DNA of 19,570 nucleotides from a virus (Duplodnaviria; Heunggongvirae; Uroviricota; Caudoviricetes): IMG/VR virus record IMGVR_UViG_2541047862_000007; one strand, 5' to 3'. Shown piece by piece: positions 7,136 to 15,442 of this stretch (position 1 is its first letter; each line of letters starts with the position of its first letter). The notes under the pieces were generated by a model. It saw only the letters and a program-made list of their open reading frames with translations, ran no database searches and was not told where the DNA came from. The position numbers and the translations under genes were made by a program.

Positions 7136-9666
7136 TATTCAACCCTCACGACAATAGCTTCATTGGTTCTGGGATCTGTTGCCCAGCGTCCGCTACCATT
7201 TACCAGCCGATACCGGTTATTGCCGATATTAACTGGTGTGAAGTTTGACACTGCATTTACGTTAAGTCCGGCTTCTTTCAGTGCTTGTTTCGCAGATGTG
7301 GTATAGCGATCTTTGAAAGTAGATTTATCCATGCCGAAAGGCATTACAACGTCGCCGCCATTAAAATCCTTGTATATACCGCCAGTAGCATACTTCACGG
7401 CATCAGCAACAGTGTCTGTATCAGGCATACTGGTTCTTACCGTAGATGCATCACCTGATTGATAAGCTATTCCTGCGTAAGCGGCTTTGAAAAGGCTATA
7501 ACTGATCTGACGTAACTGCGGGTTACGGGCAAATGCGTTACCTACCTGTTTGTCGAAAGCGTCTTTCATCTTATCTTCGCTCGGCAACTGTACCGGAGTT
7601 ATGCCCGCATTCTTCATGGCCTTCGTCGGATTCAGTAGTTGGTCACCGGAAAGAATAACCTTTGCAACGTCGTACTTGTTCATCGTCGGCTTATACCCGA
7701 TGAACTGACTATATGGGATCGACGGTCTGGTGTTATCGTACTGATTATCCGGCGTGCCCAGCAGCAGCGCAGAATAGGCTGTTGCCGCACTGTTCGGAGC
7801 AATTACAGATGCCACCTGCCGTATTGCTGGCGCAGGCAGCTTCTCCCCCATGCTCTGCAACAGTTTAATTGTCTGGTCAACGTTCTGAGTGCCGCGCACC
7901 TGCTGTGCCAGCGCAGCCGCCTCTTCACTGTTGAGGATTGGGGCATTAATTCCCAACGCGCGTAAGCTTTCCTGCGACGAGAAACGGTTAGCCACCTCGG
8001 CAGTGATGTCGTCAGGGTTGTTGCTGGTGATCGGCTTATAGGCTCCGATTTCCACCGCTGCACTAAACGGATTATTCTGCCTCTGGGTTATTACCTTCGT
8101 GGCTGCCGCCGATACCCGGTCGAATAACTCCGCACGAGACGCATACCCCTCCCCTGTCTCACCAGTATCCGGGCGTAATTGCTCAACATATGCGGTAATG
8201 CTGCTTGTCGGCATGTTGCGGAAAGAGCCTATATACTGTCCGGCGATCTGCAAATTTCTGAACTCGGTATATCGCAGGTTTCCTTCTCTGACACCATAAG
8301 CAGCAATGAACTCACCCTCACCAGGCGGGTTAGGAAATTCAACGCCACGCATATACGCAGCCGTTGCATCGCGAACCCGGCTTTCGAGCATCGTTCTATA
8401 TTCAGCCTGCTGCTGTCTGGCTAATGCATCCGTCTGTCGCAACACGCTGGCCTGATCTGATTCACTTAAAGCATCGAACCAAGCTACACCGGTATAACGT
8501 TTATTTTTTGTCGGTAGCTGAGAAAGCCCCAGTGCGGCACTAACGCCAGCGGCCAATTGCTGATCACTGTACGGCTGACTGCCTTGCTCATGATGAATAA
8601 TTGCTTTGCACAGAGATTTCAGTGTGTCAGGATTTGATGCGTCAAGCGGCTGGTCAGGAGTTACACCGAGCTGAGCACATACTGCCCGTATATAAGCATC
8701 AGTTTTATTATCATCACTGGCCGGTGCCCAGCGATTAATTATTTCGCTGATGGTGTCATAACCCTGACGCTGATACGACAGCAAATTGCGACCAAGCGCG
8801 CGAATACCGTGTTCAGGGGTTTCGAATTTGGCAAAGCGACCATCATCACCAGTCTGCCCAACCCACGGATTAGTTTTGCTGTATTCAAGATTGCCGGGGT
8901 TATTGTTGCGTATACCGCGGGTACGATCGGAAGAGCCACTATCTGCTACAGCACGGCGAGATCCAGCAGCAGTATCGCTTAACTCGCCGTTTTGCTGTCT
9001 TACCTGAAGATAGTTTGCTCCAATAGCATTTTGAGCAGTTGCTTTTGCTGTTGCTTCTTTAAACTCGATTTTCTTGGCCTGGATTTGCTCGTCGCTCCAG
9101 CCATGCGCAATACCGTAATCCTCAATTTGCTGGAAAGTTTGCGTATTAGCCAATATGTATGCTGCGTTGTCGCCATATAATGCTGAGGCATTTTTACCAT
9201 TATTCAGCAGTGTCGCCTGAAACTGGCCTTCTTCGTAGGCATTTATTTGCCCTATCTCGTACCTCCCGGCCTGCGTAGCGAACTGAATACGCTGCTGCTG
9301 CGCCTGCTGCATGAAAGCATTACGAGCCTGTTCATCCGGCAGCGACATAGCCAGTTGTTCGATCTGAGCATCAAACTGCTGTGTATACTCATGGCCTTTT
9401 CCAATAGCATTTTTCCCTTTCAGGTTAAGCAATCCTGTTTCAGGATTATTCAGCAGATCACTGCCTGTCTGACTGAGTTTAAGGGATGCCTCCTGAACCA
9501 AGGCAATATTGGCGCGCTGTTTTGCCTGACCAAGAACATCAATTGCCTCTGTCCCTGCCCGAACAAAAGCATCACCAATACCTGGCTGAGAAAACGTCTG
9601 CAAGCCTGCTGACTGAACTCCACGGCTCTCAACCTGGCGTCCGGATACTGTTGGTACGACTGGCAT
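7135..9666 (-). CDS. Large hypothetical protein, 843 aa; Gln/Ala/Asn-rich, contains a GIRNNNPGNL motif; no confident family assignment
   Basis: Long ORF with a GGGGG Shine-Dalgarno about 4 nt upstream of the ATG; stop overlaps the start of the next gene (ATGA). Confidence 0.85.
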   Translation of the reverse strand: MPVVPTVSGRQVESRGVQSAGLQTFSQPGIGDAFVRAGTEAIDVLGQAKQRANIALVQEASLKLSQTGSDLLNNPETGLLNLKGKNAIGKGHEYTQQFDAQIEQLAMSLPDEQARNAFMQQAQQQRIQFATQAGRYEIGQINAYEEGQFQATLLNNGKNASALYGDNAAYILANTQTFQQIEDYGIAHGWSDEQIQAKKIEFKEATAKATAQNAIGANYLQVRQQNGELSDTAAGSRRAVADSGSSDRTRGIRNNNPGNLEYSKTNPWVGQTGDDGRFAKFETPEHGIRALGRNLLSYQRQGYDTISEIINRWAPASDDNKTDAYIRAVCAQLGVTPDQPLDASNPDTLKSLCKAIIHHEQGSQPYSDQQLAAGVSAALGLSQLPTKNKRYTGVAWFDALSESDQASVLRQTDALARQQQAEYRTMLESRVRDATAAYMRGVEFPNPPGEGEFIAAYGVREGNLRYTEFRNLQIAGQYIGSFRNMPTSSITAYVEQLRPDTGETGEGYASRAELFDRVSAAATKVITQRQNNPFSAAVEIGAYKPITSNNPDDITAEVANRFSSQESLRALGINAPILNSEEAAALAQQVRGTQNVDQTIKLLQSMGEKLPAPAIRQVASVIAPNSAATAYSALLLGTPDNQYDNTRPSIPYSQFIGYKPTMNKYDVAKVILSGDQLLNPTKAMKNAGITPVQLPSEDKMKDAFDKQVGNAFARNPQLRQISYSLFKAAYAGIAYQSGDASTVRTSMPDTDTVADAVKYATGGIYKDFNGGDVVMPFGMDKSTFKDRYTTSAKQALKEAGLNVNAVSNFTPVNIGNNRYRLVNGSGRWATDPRTNEAIVVRVE

Positions 9667-9762
9667 CAGTAACCCCCTGTTTTGAATCGTGTACCAGAAT
9701 TCATAAAACCTGATTTAAATAACATTGGCGTCCCTCCGCTTTGATGCTGTACCAGCGATTCA

Positions 9763-9969
9763 TTACTCACCCCCCGATGCAAAACCATTCTGATTAAGCC
9801 AGGCGTTTACGGCATGTCTGACAATCTGCGCCACGCCTGGTAATGGCTGATCAGGGTGATTGTTCACATGGTCGATTCTGTACTGCTTAAGGCGCATCAC
9901 GGTCTGTGCATCCAGATGAACGGAACCACCTCTGACATCGCCTGTGTTCAGGTCGTTAATACAATTCAC
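9763..9969 (-). CDS. Small protein, 68 aa, possible ribbon-helix-helix-type DNA-binding protein
   Basis: GTG start preceded by an AAGAGGA Shine-Dalgarno at 8 nt; lies between a strong terminator and the cargo operon; the RHH fold call rests only on residue pattern. Confidence 0.5.
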   Translation of the reverse strand: MNCINDLNTGDVRGGSVHLDAQTVMRLKQYRIDHVNNHPDQPLPGVAQIVRHAVNAWLNQNGFASGGE

Positions 9970-10071
9970 AGTAATTTCCTCTTACTGACTAAACTATGCA
10001 CATTATTGATCGAAAAAAGTGGTAGATAAATATATTTCTATCATAAAAACAGATTGATTGAGTTCAGATCC

Positions 10072-10096
10072 AAAAAAAGCCGGATTGCTCCGGCTC
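10072..10096 (-). terminator. Rho-independent terminator downstream of the replication operon
   Basis: Minus strand reads AGCCGGA-GCAA-TCCGGCT followed by TTTTTTT. Confidence 0.65.
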
Positions 10097-10335
10097 TGTG
10101 CTTACTTCTGGTAGTTACGCCATACTGATTTCCCGATCCCATCTATCCCCATTTCTTTTTCAGTGCGTTTAAGCGACCGTTTCAGGTCTTCTAAATTATC
10201 CGGTTGCTTTGGTGGCCTCTGTGCCTTGCTGGAACATTCCAGTCGTCGCATTGATATGCAATACCGTTCCTTGTCAGTACCCCAACTGCATTACTTCACC
10301 CCATCGCGCCGCCGCTCTTCGGTACAGGGTTTTAG

Positions 10336-10752
10336 TTAGCCTCCGACTCTTCCGTAGTGCTGTTCTGGTGGATTCACATAGCCCCTTTCTTGCAGGTATT
10401 CGCGAATATCAGACATCAGGAGACGGTTAACCGTGCTCTTGTCTTTTCTCCGGTAAAGGCGTCTGGTGATCATGAAGTAGTTAGCAATGATCTCCGGTAT
10501 ATCCCTGACGCTGATACATGCTGTATGCTGGTCAATAGCTTCAATCATCTCTTCACGAGTTACAAAAGTCTGGCGTAAACGAGTGATCACACCATGTACA
10601 TCTGAATGATCATTTATACGCTTATTTTGGCGCTTCGCGCTCTCGACTGTGACACTGACAACAATGTCAACTCTTTGTTTTTCCGCAATTTCATCCACAA
10701 TGTGATCACCTGCACGGCGACCATGTGCGTGATCATTTCTTACTATTTCCAT
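10336..10752 (-). CDS. Hypothetical protein, 138 aa
   Basis: GGAGGAG Shine-Dalgarno about 5 nt upstream of the ATG; start overlaps the 3' end of the ProQ/FinO gene by 20 nt; coherent coding composition. Confidence 0.65.
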   Translation of the reverse strand: MEIVRNDHAHGRRAGDHIVDEIAEKQRVDIVVSVTVESAKRQNKRINDHSDVHGVITRLRQTFVTREEMIEAIDQHTACISVRDIPEIIANYFMITRRLYRRKDKSTVNRLLMSDIREYLQERGYVNPPEQHYGRVGG

Positions 10753-11230
10753 TCATCTCCTCCAGTAGTTTTCCTGCGTGCGTCTGTTGTAGTGGTGTTA
10801 CCTCGCCGCACGGCTGGCCTTTCAGGTCGTAACGCGCGCCACCAGCTACCAGGGCGCGGTAATAGCGCGGAGTCTGCACATAACGCGCCAGCGTTGCGCG
10901 TAGTGTTCCCTGTCCGAGTGAAATACCTCTCGCGGCAATATCCTGTATCAGGTCGTCAAATATCCCCACCTTAAGCGGCTTAGGTGATTCCGGGCTGAAT
11001 AATTCAGGCCATAGCTCAATAAGACGGTTAACGCGTCTGCGGTTTTTACGCTGCTGTTTGGTCATACGCCGCCGCGGTGTTGCTCCTGTGAGCTTCTGCT
11101 GTGTGTTCTGGTTATCTGGCATCACTTTATGCGCCGATGTGGTTTTATTCTGCTGCTGCGCCGCCTGTGCTGTTTTCTGCGGCGTGCCGTAAATGCCCTT
11201 CGGTTTTCTGTTTATGGTCAGCTTTGTCAT
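10733..11230 (-). CDS. ProQ/FinO-domain RNA-binding protein, 165 aa
   Basis: Core [15 protein letters not shown]...[36 protein letters not shown] aligns by eye with the N-terminal FinO-like domain of enterobacterial ProQ (PLKIGIF...LR.AL..Y....RY......G..R.DL.G.PCGE); basic N-terminal extension. Confidence 0.8.
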   Translation of the reverse strand: MTKLTINRKPKGIYGTPQKTAQAAQQQNKTTSAHKVMPDNQNTQQKLTGATPRRRMTKQQRKNRRRVNRLIELWPELFSPESPKPLKVGIFDDLIQDIAARGISLGQGTLRATLARYVQTPRYYRALVAGGARYDLKGQPCGEVTPLQQTHAGKLLEEMNGNSKK

Positions 11231-11266
11231 GCCTTCCCCTGTAATTACTCTGTTCGCTGTTGTGAA

Positions 11267-11692
11267 TTAAAACGGTATCCCGTCCCCGTACGGATCATCG
11301 TGCTGGCCTGTCTGTTGCTTTGCCCTGTTCAGTGCATCAGTAGCCTGCCCCTGCTGGCCTTTTTTGCCGCCCGGTCGCGCCGTTCGCGCACTGATTACGC
11401 TGTCTGCGATAACCTGCCATCCCTGCCTCGTTTCGCCGTTCTGGCCCGTCCACCGGCTCACCTGCATGTTACCGGCCACGCTTACCAGTTCGCCTTTGTG
11501 GTGTTTTGCCAGTGCGTCAGCCTGTCTGCCAAACGCCAGGACGGATAACCACATCGTCGCCGTTCCGTCATCTGCCTGATTGCATGGAAGGGGGACCGCC
11601 ATACTCGCCATCGCCATTTGTGTGCCCTTGCTGGTGGTCTTTAACTGCGGGTCAGCCACCAGCCGCCCGTAAGCTGATATTTGCGCCGTCAT
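11267..11692 (-). CDS. ssb: Single-stranded DNA-binding protein (SSB-like OB fold), 141 aa
   Basis: Residue pattern of the SSB OB fold (LFGRQADALAKHHKGELVSVAGNMQVSRWTGQNGETRQ) and a C-terminal tail ending DDPYGDGIPF, resembling the SSB acidic tip DDDIPF. Confidence 0.82.
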   Translation of the reverse strand: MTAQISAYGRLVADPQLKTTSKGTQMAMASMAVPLPCNQADDGTATMWLSVLAFGRQADALAKHHKGELVSVAGNMQVSRWTGQNGETRQGWQVIADSVISARTARPGGKKGQQGQATDALNRAKQQTGQHDDPYGDGIPF

Positions 11693-11749
11693 GCTGTTTG
11701 TTCTCCGGTTTTAACGTGATAGTTACGCTTGTTTACACTCTTACAGTGA

Positions 11750-11880
11750 AATTTTGCGGGTTACAATCGCACATTTGCGGGTTATAACTGCCGTTTTGCG
11801 GGTTACGTGCGGGTTATTGATTTCCTTTTTAATCATGCAGTTAATTAACTTATACACAGGATAACCCGCATAACCCGCAA
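11750..11880. repeat. Putative replication origin: four direct and two inverted copies of the iteron GCGGGTTA flanking an AT-rich stretch
   Basis: TTTGCGGGTTA at about 11753, 11774 and 11795 (21-bp spacing), GCGGGTTA at about 11809, AT-rich 11817-11858, inverted TAACCCGC at about 11862 and 11871; lies immediately 3' of the primase gene. Confidence 0.6.
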
Positions 11881-11902
11881 CTTTTTACCTCACACAGGGA
11901 AG

Positions 11903-14029
11903 TTAATCTTCTGCTTCAGGCTGGAACATCAGCACGTAAAAAATATGCTGCTTCCCGCCAATCCTGCCGAGCGCCTTTTTCTTGTAACGGCGGTCGCCTC
12001 CCGCTTCCAGCATTCCGGCAGCACTCAACGCGCGGGCAAAGTGAGACGGATTAAATCCCTGTGCTATCTCACCCTCAAACACATGCGGGAACGTGTAAAA
12101 ACGGAACTCGTCATCTTCGTTTCTGATACTCCCCTTTCTGTATCCGGCAAGGTCTTTAATCGGTAAATCACGCTCGTCGCTGTTTGGATAGGGAAGGTAT
12201 CGACTGAACCCGAACGACGACAAAAACGCCTCAGCCTGTTCAACCATCTGTTTAAATTCCCTGTTGCCCGTGCCGAATTCCTTCACCCAGGCATTAAAGT
12301 TATGCTGAACTGCATCACGGCACGCCTGAACATCCCAGCCTGTAACATGACCGGAAAGCACAAGCGCGGCCTCCAGTACGGCGAATCTTTCCCCCACACG
12401 GTGAACCTGCTCGCCGTAGCTCTCCGGTATCAGGTTGCGCCACCGCTCGCGACATGCCCTTACCGCGTCCTTTGCCTCCTGCTGGTGGCCTGCCAGCCAT
12501 TTAACCCACTCACGACCTGCCGCCCCGTGATTTTCTGTCCAGGCATCTTTTAACGCGTCTGCGTGCGCCTTTCCGGTGCTGTATTCGTGAAACTGCGAGG
12601 CCTTTTCCATCGGTACGTTAAGCAGACGGACAAGCTGCCCCGCTTTAATTTTTATCCCTTCCGTTTTGAGGAATGTTTCAACGTCCATTTCTCCGGTGCT
12701 GATTGCCACCGTGCGCCAGTGTTTTATCTCCCTGTTGCCGCCGTCCTTCGCCCCCTGTAATTTCCCGGAACCGTTAAACAGCGTATAGGCTGACGTGGAC
12801 ACCTCCCGTGCGTTTCCGGCCTGGCCTATTTCATCCAGGGGTAACAGCCCGTCATTATGTGCTTCGGCCTCGTTGGCGATACCTAACGCCGTTCCGTACC
12901 AGGTCAGCCGTTGCGCGTCCGGCTCTCCCCATAAACTTGATGCAATGTTCTGTGTGGTGGTTTTACCTGCTGATGATTGCTCAAAAAGATGAACCCCGAA
13001 GCCGTCAGCACCCACCAGCCCGATTAATGGTGCAGATAGCGATACCGCCACACCCAGCATCATGGACGGATTACCACCAGCCAGCCGTGCCACGGTATCG
13101 CGCCAGCCCTCCGCTGTTCCCGCCACGGAATAGCCATTAACAGCGGCAGTTTTTCCGGTAAACAGGATGGGTTTCTCTGATTCACCAATGACCGAACCGT
13201 CCGGCATGATGTACGCACCAAAATGCCACCCCGTTGTTGTGCTTAACTGCCATTCCTCATGGTTTCCGCTTAACTGCATCCAGTCAGCCAGGATAGCCCT
13301 GTATTTGCCGTTGGTCGTCACGTTAAGGCCGTGGTCTTTCAGCAACCGCCAGCCGTCACGGTCACCAATGCCTCCGCACGGGACCGCCATTGTAATGACC
13401 TCATGGTTTGCTGGTTTTTTCCAGCGCATTACGCGGTAATGCTCTTTTCCGATTGTTCCTGTTCCCAGTAGTTCAAGCGGAGAACATAACCACGTCTCAG
13501 GCCGGATAATTTCGCCTGACTGCTTGTCCACTTTGGGCGTTACCCAGAAAACACCATCGACGCGACTTTCAACACGAGGCTTTAATTCGTCATCATAATT
13601 TCCGGTGAAATTTGTCTTCGCCGGAAGGTTGATCACCAGACTGTTACCGTGTTCCGCATCATCCTTCAGTCCAGCCATGCGCGGTGTCCAGTCCTCCGGC
13701 TGCTGATCAACAAAGCTGCGGTAGCAACGCGCCTCCTTCACACCCGCCACTGCAAGCAGTGTCGCTATCTGTGTAAGGTGCTGCTCTGATATTTCACCAG
13801 CACGATAAACGCGCACGTAATAGCGCCCTTTGTCGATGATTTGCGTGTCTGCCAGACTCGCCAGTTGTTCCGGTCCAAGAATAACTGGATGTGTATCATC
13901 TGCCGCAATATGCTTTCCGGCCCATTCGCTCCACTCTTTCGCATGTGCCCAGGCATCACTACCCGCAAAGATAATCACCTCCGTCATTTTGTCTTTCGGC
14001 TGGTGCTTTAAATTCGGTGCGCGTTTCAT
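11903..14029 (-). CDS. Replication initiator, primase-helicase type (TOPRIM-like N-terminal region plus DUF927-like P-loop NTPase), 708 aa
   Basis: Walker A FEQSSAGKTTT and Walker B-like LLPLDE in the central domain; N-terminal region consistent with TOPRIM; position and size match satellite/PICI-type replication proteins; start overlaps the upstream stop (ATGA). Confidence 0.8.
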   Translation of the reverse strand: MKRAPNLKHQPKDKMTEVIIFAGSDAWAHAKEWSEWAGKHIAADDTHPVILGPEQLASLADTQIIDKGRYYVRVYRAGEISEQHLTQIATLLAVAGVKEARCYRSFVDQQPEDWTPRMAGLKDDAEHGNSLVINLPAKTNFTGNYDDELKPRVESRVDGVFWVTPKVDKQSGEIIRPETWLCSPLELLGTGTIGKEHYRVMRWKKPANHEVITMAVPCGGIGDRDGWRLLKDHGLNVTTNGKYRAILADWMQLSGNHEEWQLSTTTGWHFGAYIMPDGSVIGESEKPILFTGKTAAVNGYSVAGTAEGWRDTVARLAGGNPSMMLGVAVSLSAPLIGLVGADGFGVHLFEQSSAGKTTTQNIASSLWGEPDAQRLTWYGTALGIANEAEAHNDGLLPLDEIGQAGNAREVSTSAYTLFNGSGKLQGAKDGGNREIKHWRTVAISTGEMDVETFLKTEGIKIKAGQLVRLLNVPMEKASQFHEYSTGKAHADALKDAWTENHGAAGREWVKWLAGHQQEAKDAVRACRERWRNLIPESYGEQVHRVGERFAVLEAALVLSGHVTGWDVQACRDAVQHNFNAWVKEFGTGNREFKQMVEQAEAFLSSFGFSRYLPYPNSDERDLPIKDLAGYRKGSIRNEDDEFRFYTFPHVFEGEIAQGFNPSHFARALSAAGMLEAGGDRRYKKKALGRIGGKQHIFYVLMFQPEAED

Positions 14030-14328
14030 TTCTTGCCCCTGAATGCGTTAATCATGTTCTTTATTACCTGAATATTTGCCTGTGCTTTCTCTTTACTGGT
14101 GGGCTTACTGCGTGGTACTGCACATACCAGTGAAAAATCACGCCGGAACTGATGAACGGGCATCACACAGTCATAGTCGTACCCTGCGCGGCGGTATGTA
14201 ATGTGCCGTTCATACACGGAATTAATAACCACGCTGTCGCCATATTTATCCCGGAAAATATCCCCGATCCTGATTTTCGGGCGAGTCTGTCCGCTGGCAT
14301 TTAAGCCAGTAAATTTAATCTTCTTCAT
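14026..14328 (-). CDS. Hypothetical protein, 100 aa
   Basis: Compact ORF coupled to the primase gene (ATGA overlap) and 2 nt downstream of the preceding ORF. Confidence 0.6.
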   Translation of the reverse strand: MKKIKFTGLNASGQTRPKIRIGDIFRDKYGDSVVINSVYERHITYRRAGYDYDCVMPVHQFRRDFSLVCAVPRSKPTSKEKAQANIQVIKNMINAFRGKK

Positions 14329-14330
14329 GT

Positions 14331-14588
14331 TTATTTCCCGGTATGGGGTTCTTCTTTATATTTATGGGCTAACAAATCTGGTAATTGCCTGTATTTATCC
14401 TCGGCAATATATTCAGAATAATCGACAGCACTGTTCAGTATATCTAACGCCGTTTCATGCTCCAGATTCGAAACTATAAGGAACGTTGCTACTTTTAGCA
14501 TATTCGCGATATGCAAAAGAGCATCAATTTCATTTTTTGGCGCTTCACTGAATTTTTGCTCCAGAAGAATAAATCGTTCATCACGCAT
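14331..14588 (-). CDS. Hypothetical protein, 85 aa
   Basis: GGGGGAA Shine-Dalgarno upstream of the ATG; first clearly supported gene of the minus-strand replication operon. Confidence 0.6.
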   Translation of the reverse strand: MRDERFILLEQKFSEAPKNEIDALLHIANMLKVATFLIVSNLEHETALDILNSAVDYSEYIAEDKYRQLPDLLAHKYKEEPHTGK

Positions 14589-14784
14589 AGTATTCCCCCT
14601 GACGGATGCGGGCAGTAAATACCATCACGCAGCCAGTCGGGGATTGCTGACGGGCTTCCTGTTCGCTGGCGGCCTCGATGTGTATTACGCGTGGTTGTGC
14701 GGTGCTCAGGGCGATAAAACGCCAGATGTATTTATTCAGGTTGTGCGAGTCCCGCCCTTGCGGGTGTGTGGTATGATTTAACAT
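14581..14784 (-). CDS. Possible small protein, 67 aa (internal start of the long 396-aa ORF in the track)
   Basis: ATG at 14784 with GAGGT about 5 nt upstream; stop overlaps the start of the 85-aa gene by 8 nt; no recognisable domain. Confidence 0.3.
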   Translation of the reverse strand: MLNHTTHPQGRDSHNLNKYIWRFIALSTAQPRVIHIEAASEQEARQQSPTGCVMVFTARIRQGEYYA

Positions 14785-14989
14785 AGCTACCTCGATACGC
14801 TTTCTATCGTTGGTGGTTAGACGCCCTGCATGTGTTGCGAGCACTGCGGGGCGTTGCTTAATTTGAGCAATGCAACCCAAACTGTGCGCACAGATTAAAA
14901 TCATGTGTGCGCACATGTCAATACTTAACTTCTCACTTTTTTTGCTGTATTGTGTGCGCCCATCAAATCCATTTAAGTGAGGTGTACCA
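14785..14989. promoter_or_regulatory. Divergent control region with palindromic operator-like sites (core TGTGCGCACA)
   Basis: Perfect palindrome CTGTGCGCACAG at about 14882-14893, TGTGCGCACA at about 14907-14916, half-site TGTGCGC at about 14953-14959; lies between the minus-strand replication operon and the plus-strand Arc-like gene. Confidence 0.55.
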
Positions 14990-15187
14990 ATGTCTAGCGG
15001 AAACACAAACAACAAATCAGCAAAGAAAAATATTCGATTCCCGCACGAGCTTATAGATGGGATTGATGCCAGTGTTGAACAAGAAAAATTAACTAATCCT
15101 AGTGCTAATTTTTCCGCATGGGTCTTAGATGCCTGTGGACGCAAATTAAAATATGAACAGCGCCGGAAGGCCAAAGAGCAGGAGTAA
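14990..15187 (+). CDS. Arc/Mnt-family ribbon-helix-helix transcriptional regulator, 65 aa
   Basis: GAGG Shine-Dalgarno 7 nt upstream of the ATG; NIRFPHELIDGIDASVEQ...SANFSAWVLDA matches the Arc-type strand-helix-helix pattern (N-L-R-W-P-x-E-[LV]-[LI]-D). Confidence 0.65.
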   Translation: MSSGNTNNKSAKKNIRFPHELIDGIDASVEQEKLTNPSANFSAWVLDACGRKLKYEQRRKAKEQE

Positions 15188-15244
15188 CCATCACCAGCGC
15201 CGTGGTGCGGTGAACTGTGGCGCACAGGGTTACAGGTATCTACG

Positions 15245-15442
15245 ATGACTGACAAATCATTAAAGAAATTATCCTCATCCAGGAAAAAACAACGCAAAAA
15301 TGCGGTAAGCGAACAAGAACAGGAAAGATTTGCGCCATGTGCGTTTGTCCTTGAGAAGTTCTTAAAAGAGTACAGGCGCACAAAAATGGAATCGCATACC
15401 TGGAAAACATCGCAGTATGGCGATGCTAAAGAGCAGGAATAG
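15245..15442 (+). CDS. Small basic protein, 65 aa, function unknown
   Basis: Follows the Arc-like gene on the same strand; shares the C-terminal AKEQE residues and a 29-bp 3' repeat with it; weak Shine-Dalgarno. Confidence 0.45.
   Translation: MTDKSLKKLSSSRKKQRKNAVSEQEQERFAPCAFVLEKFLKEYRRTKMESHTWKTSQYGDAKEQE

Noticed and set aside
7639-9632. Short ORFs on both strands inside the 843-aa gene
   Set aside because: Embedded in the long ORF; no independent start signals
11129-13968. Short ORFs overlapping or antisense to the SSB and primase-helicase genes
   Set aside because: Overlap well-supported genes in other frames; no ribosome-binding sites
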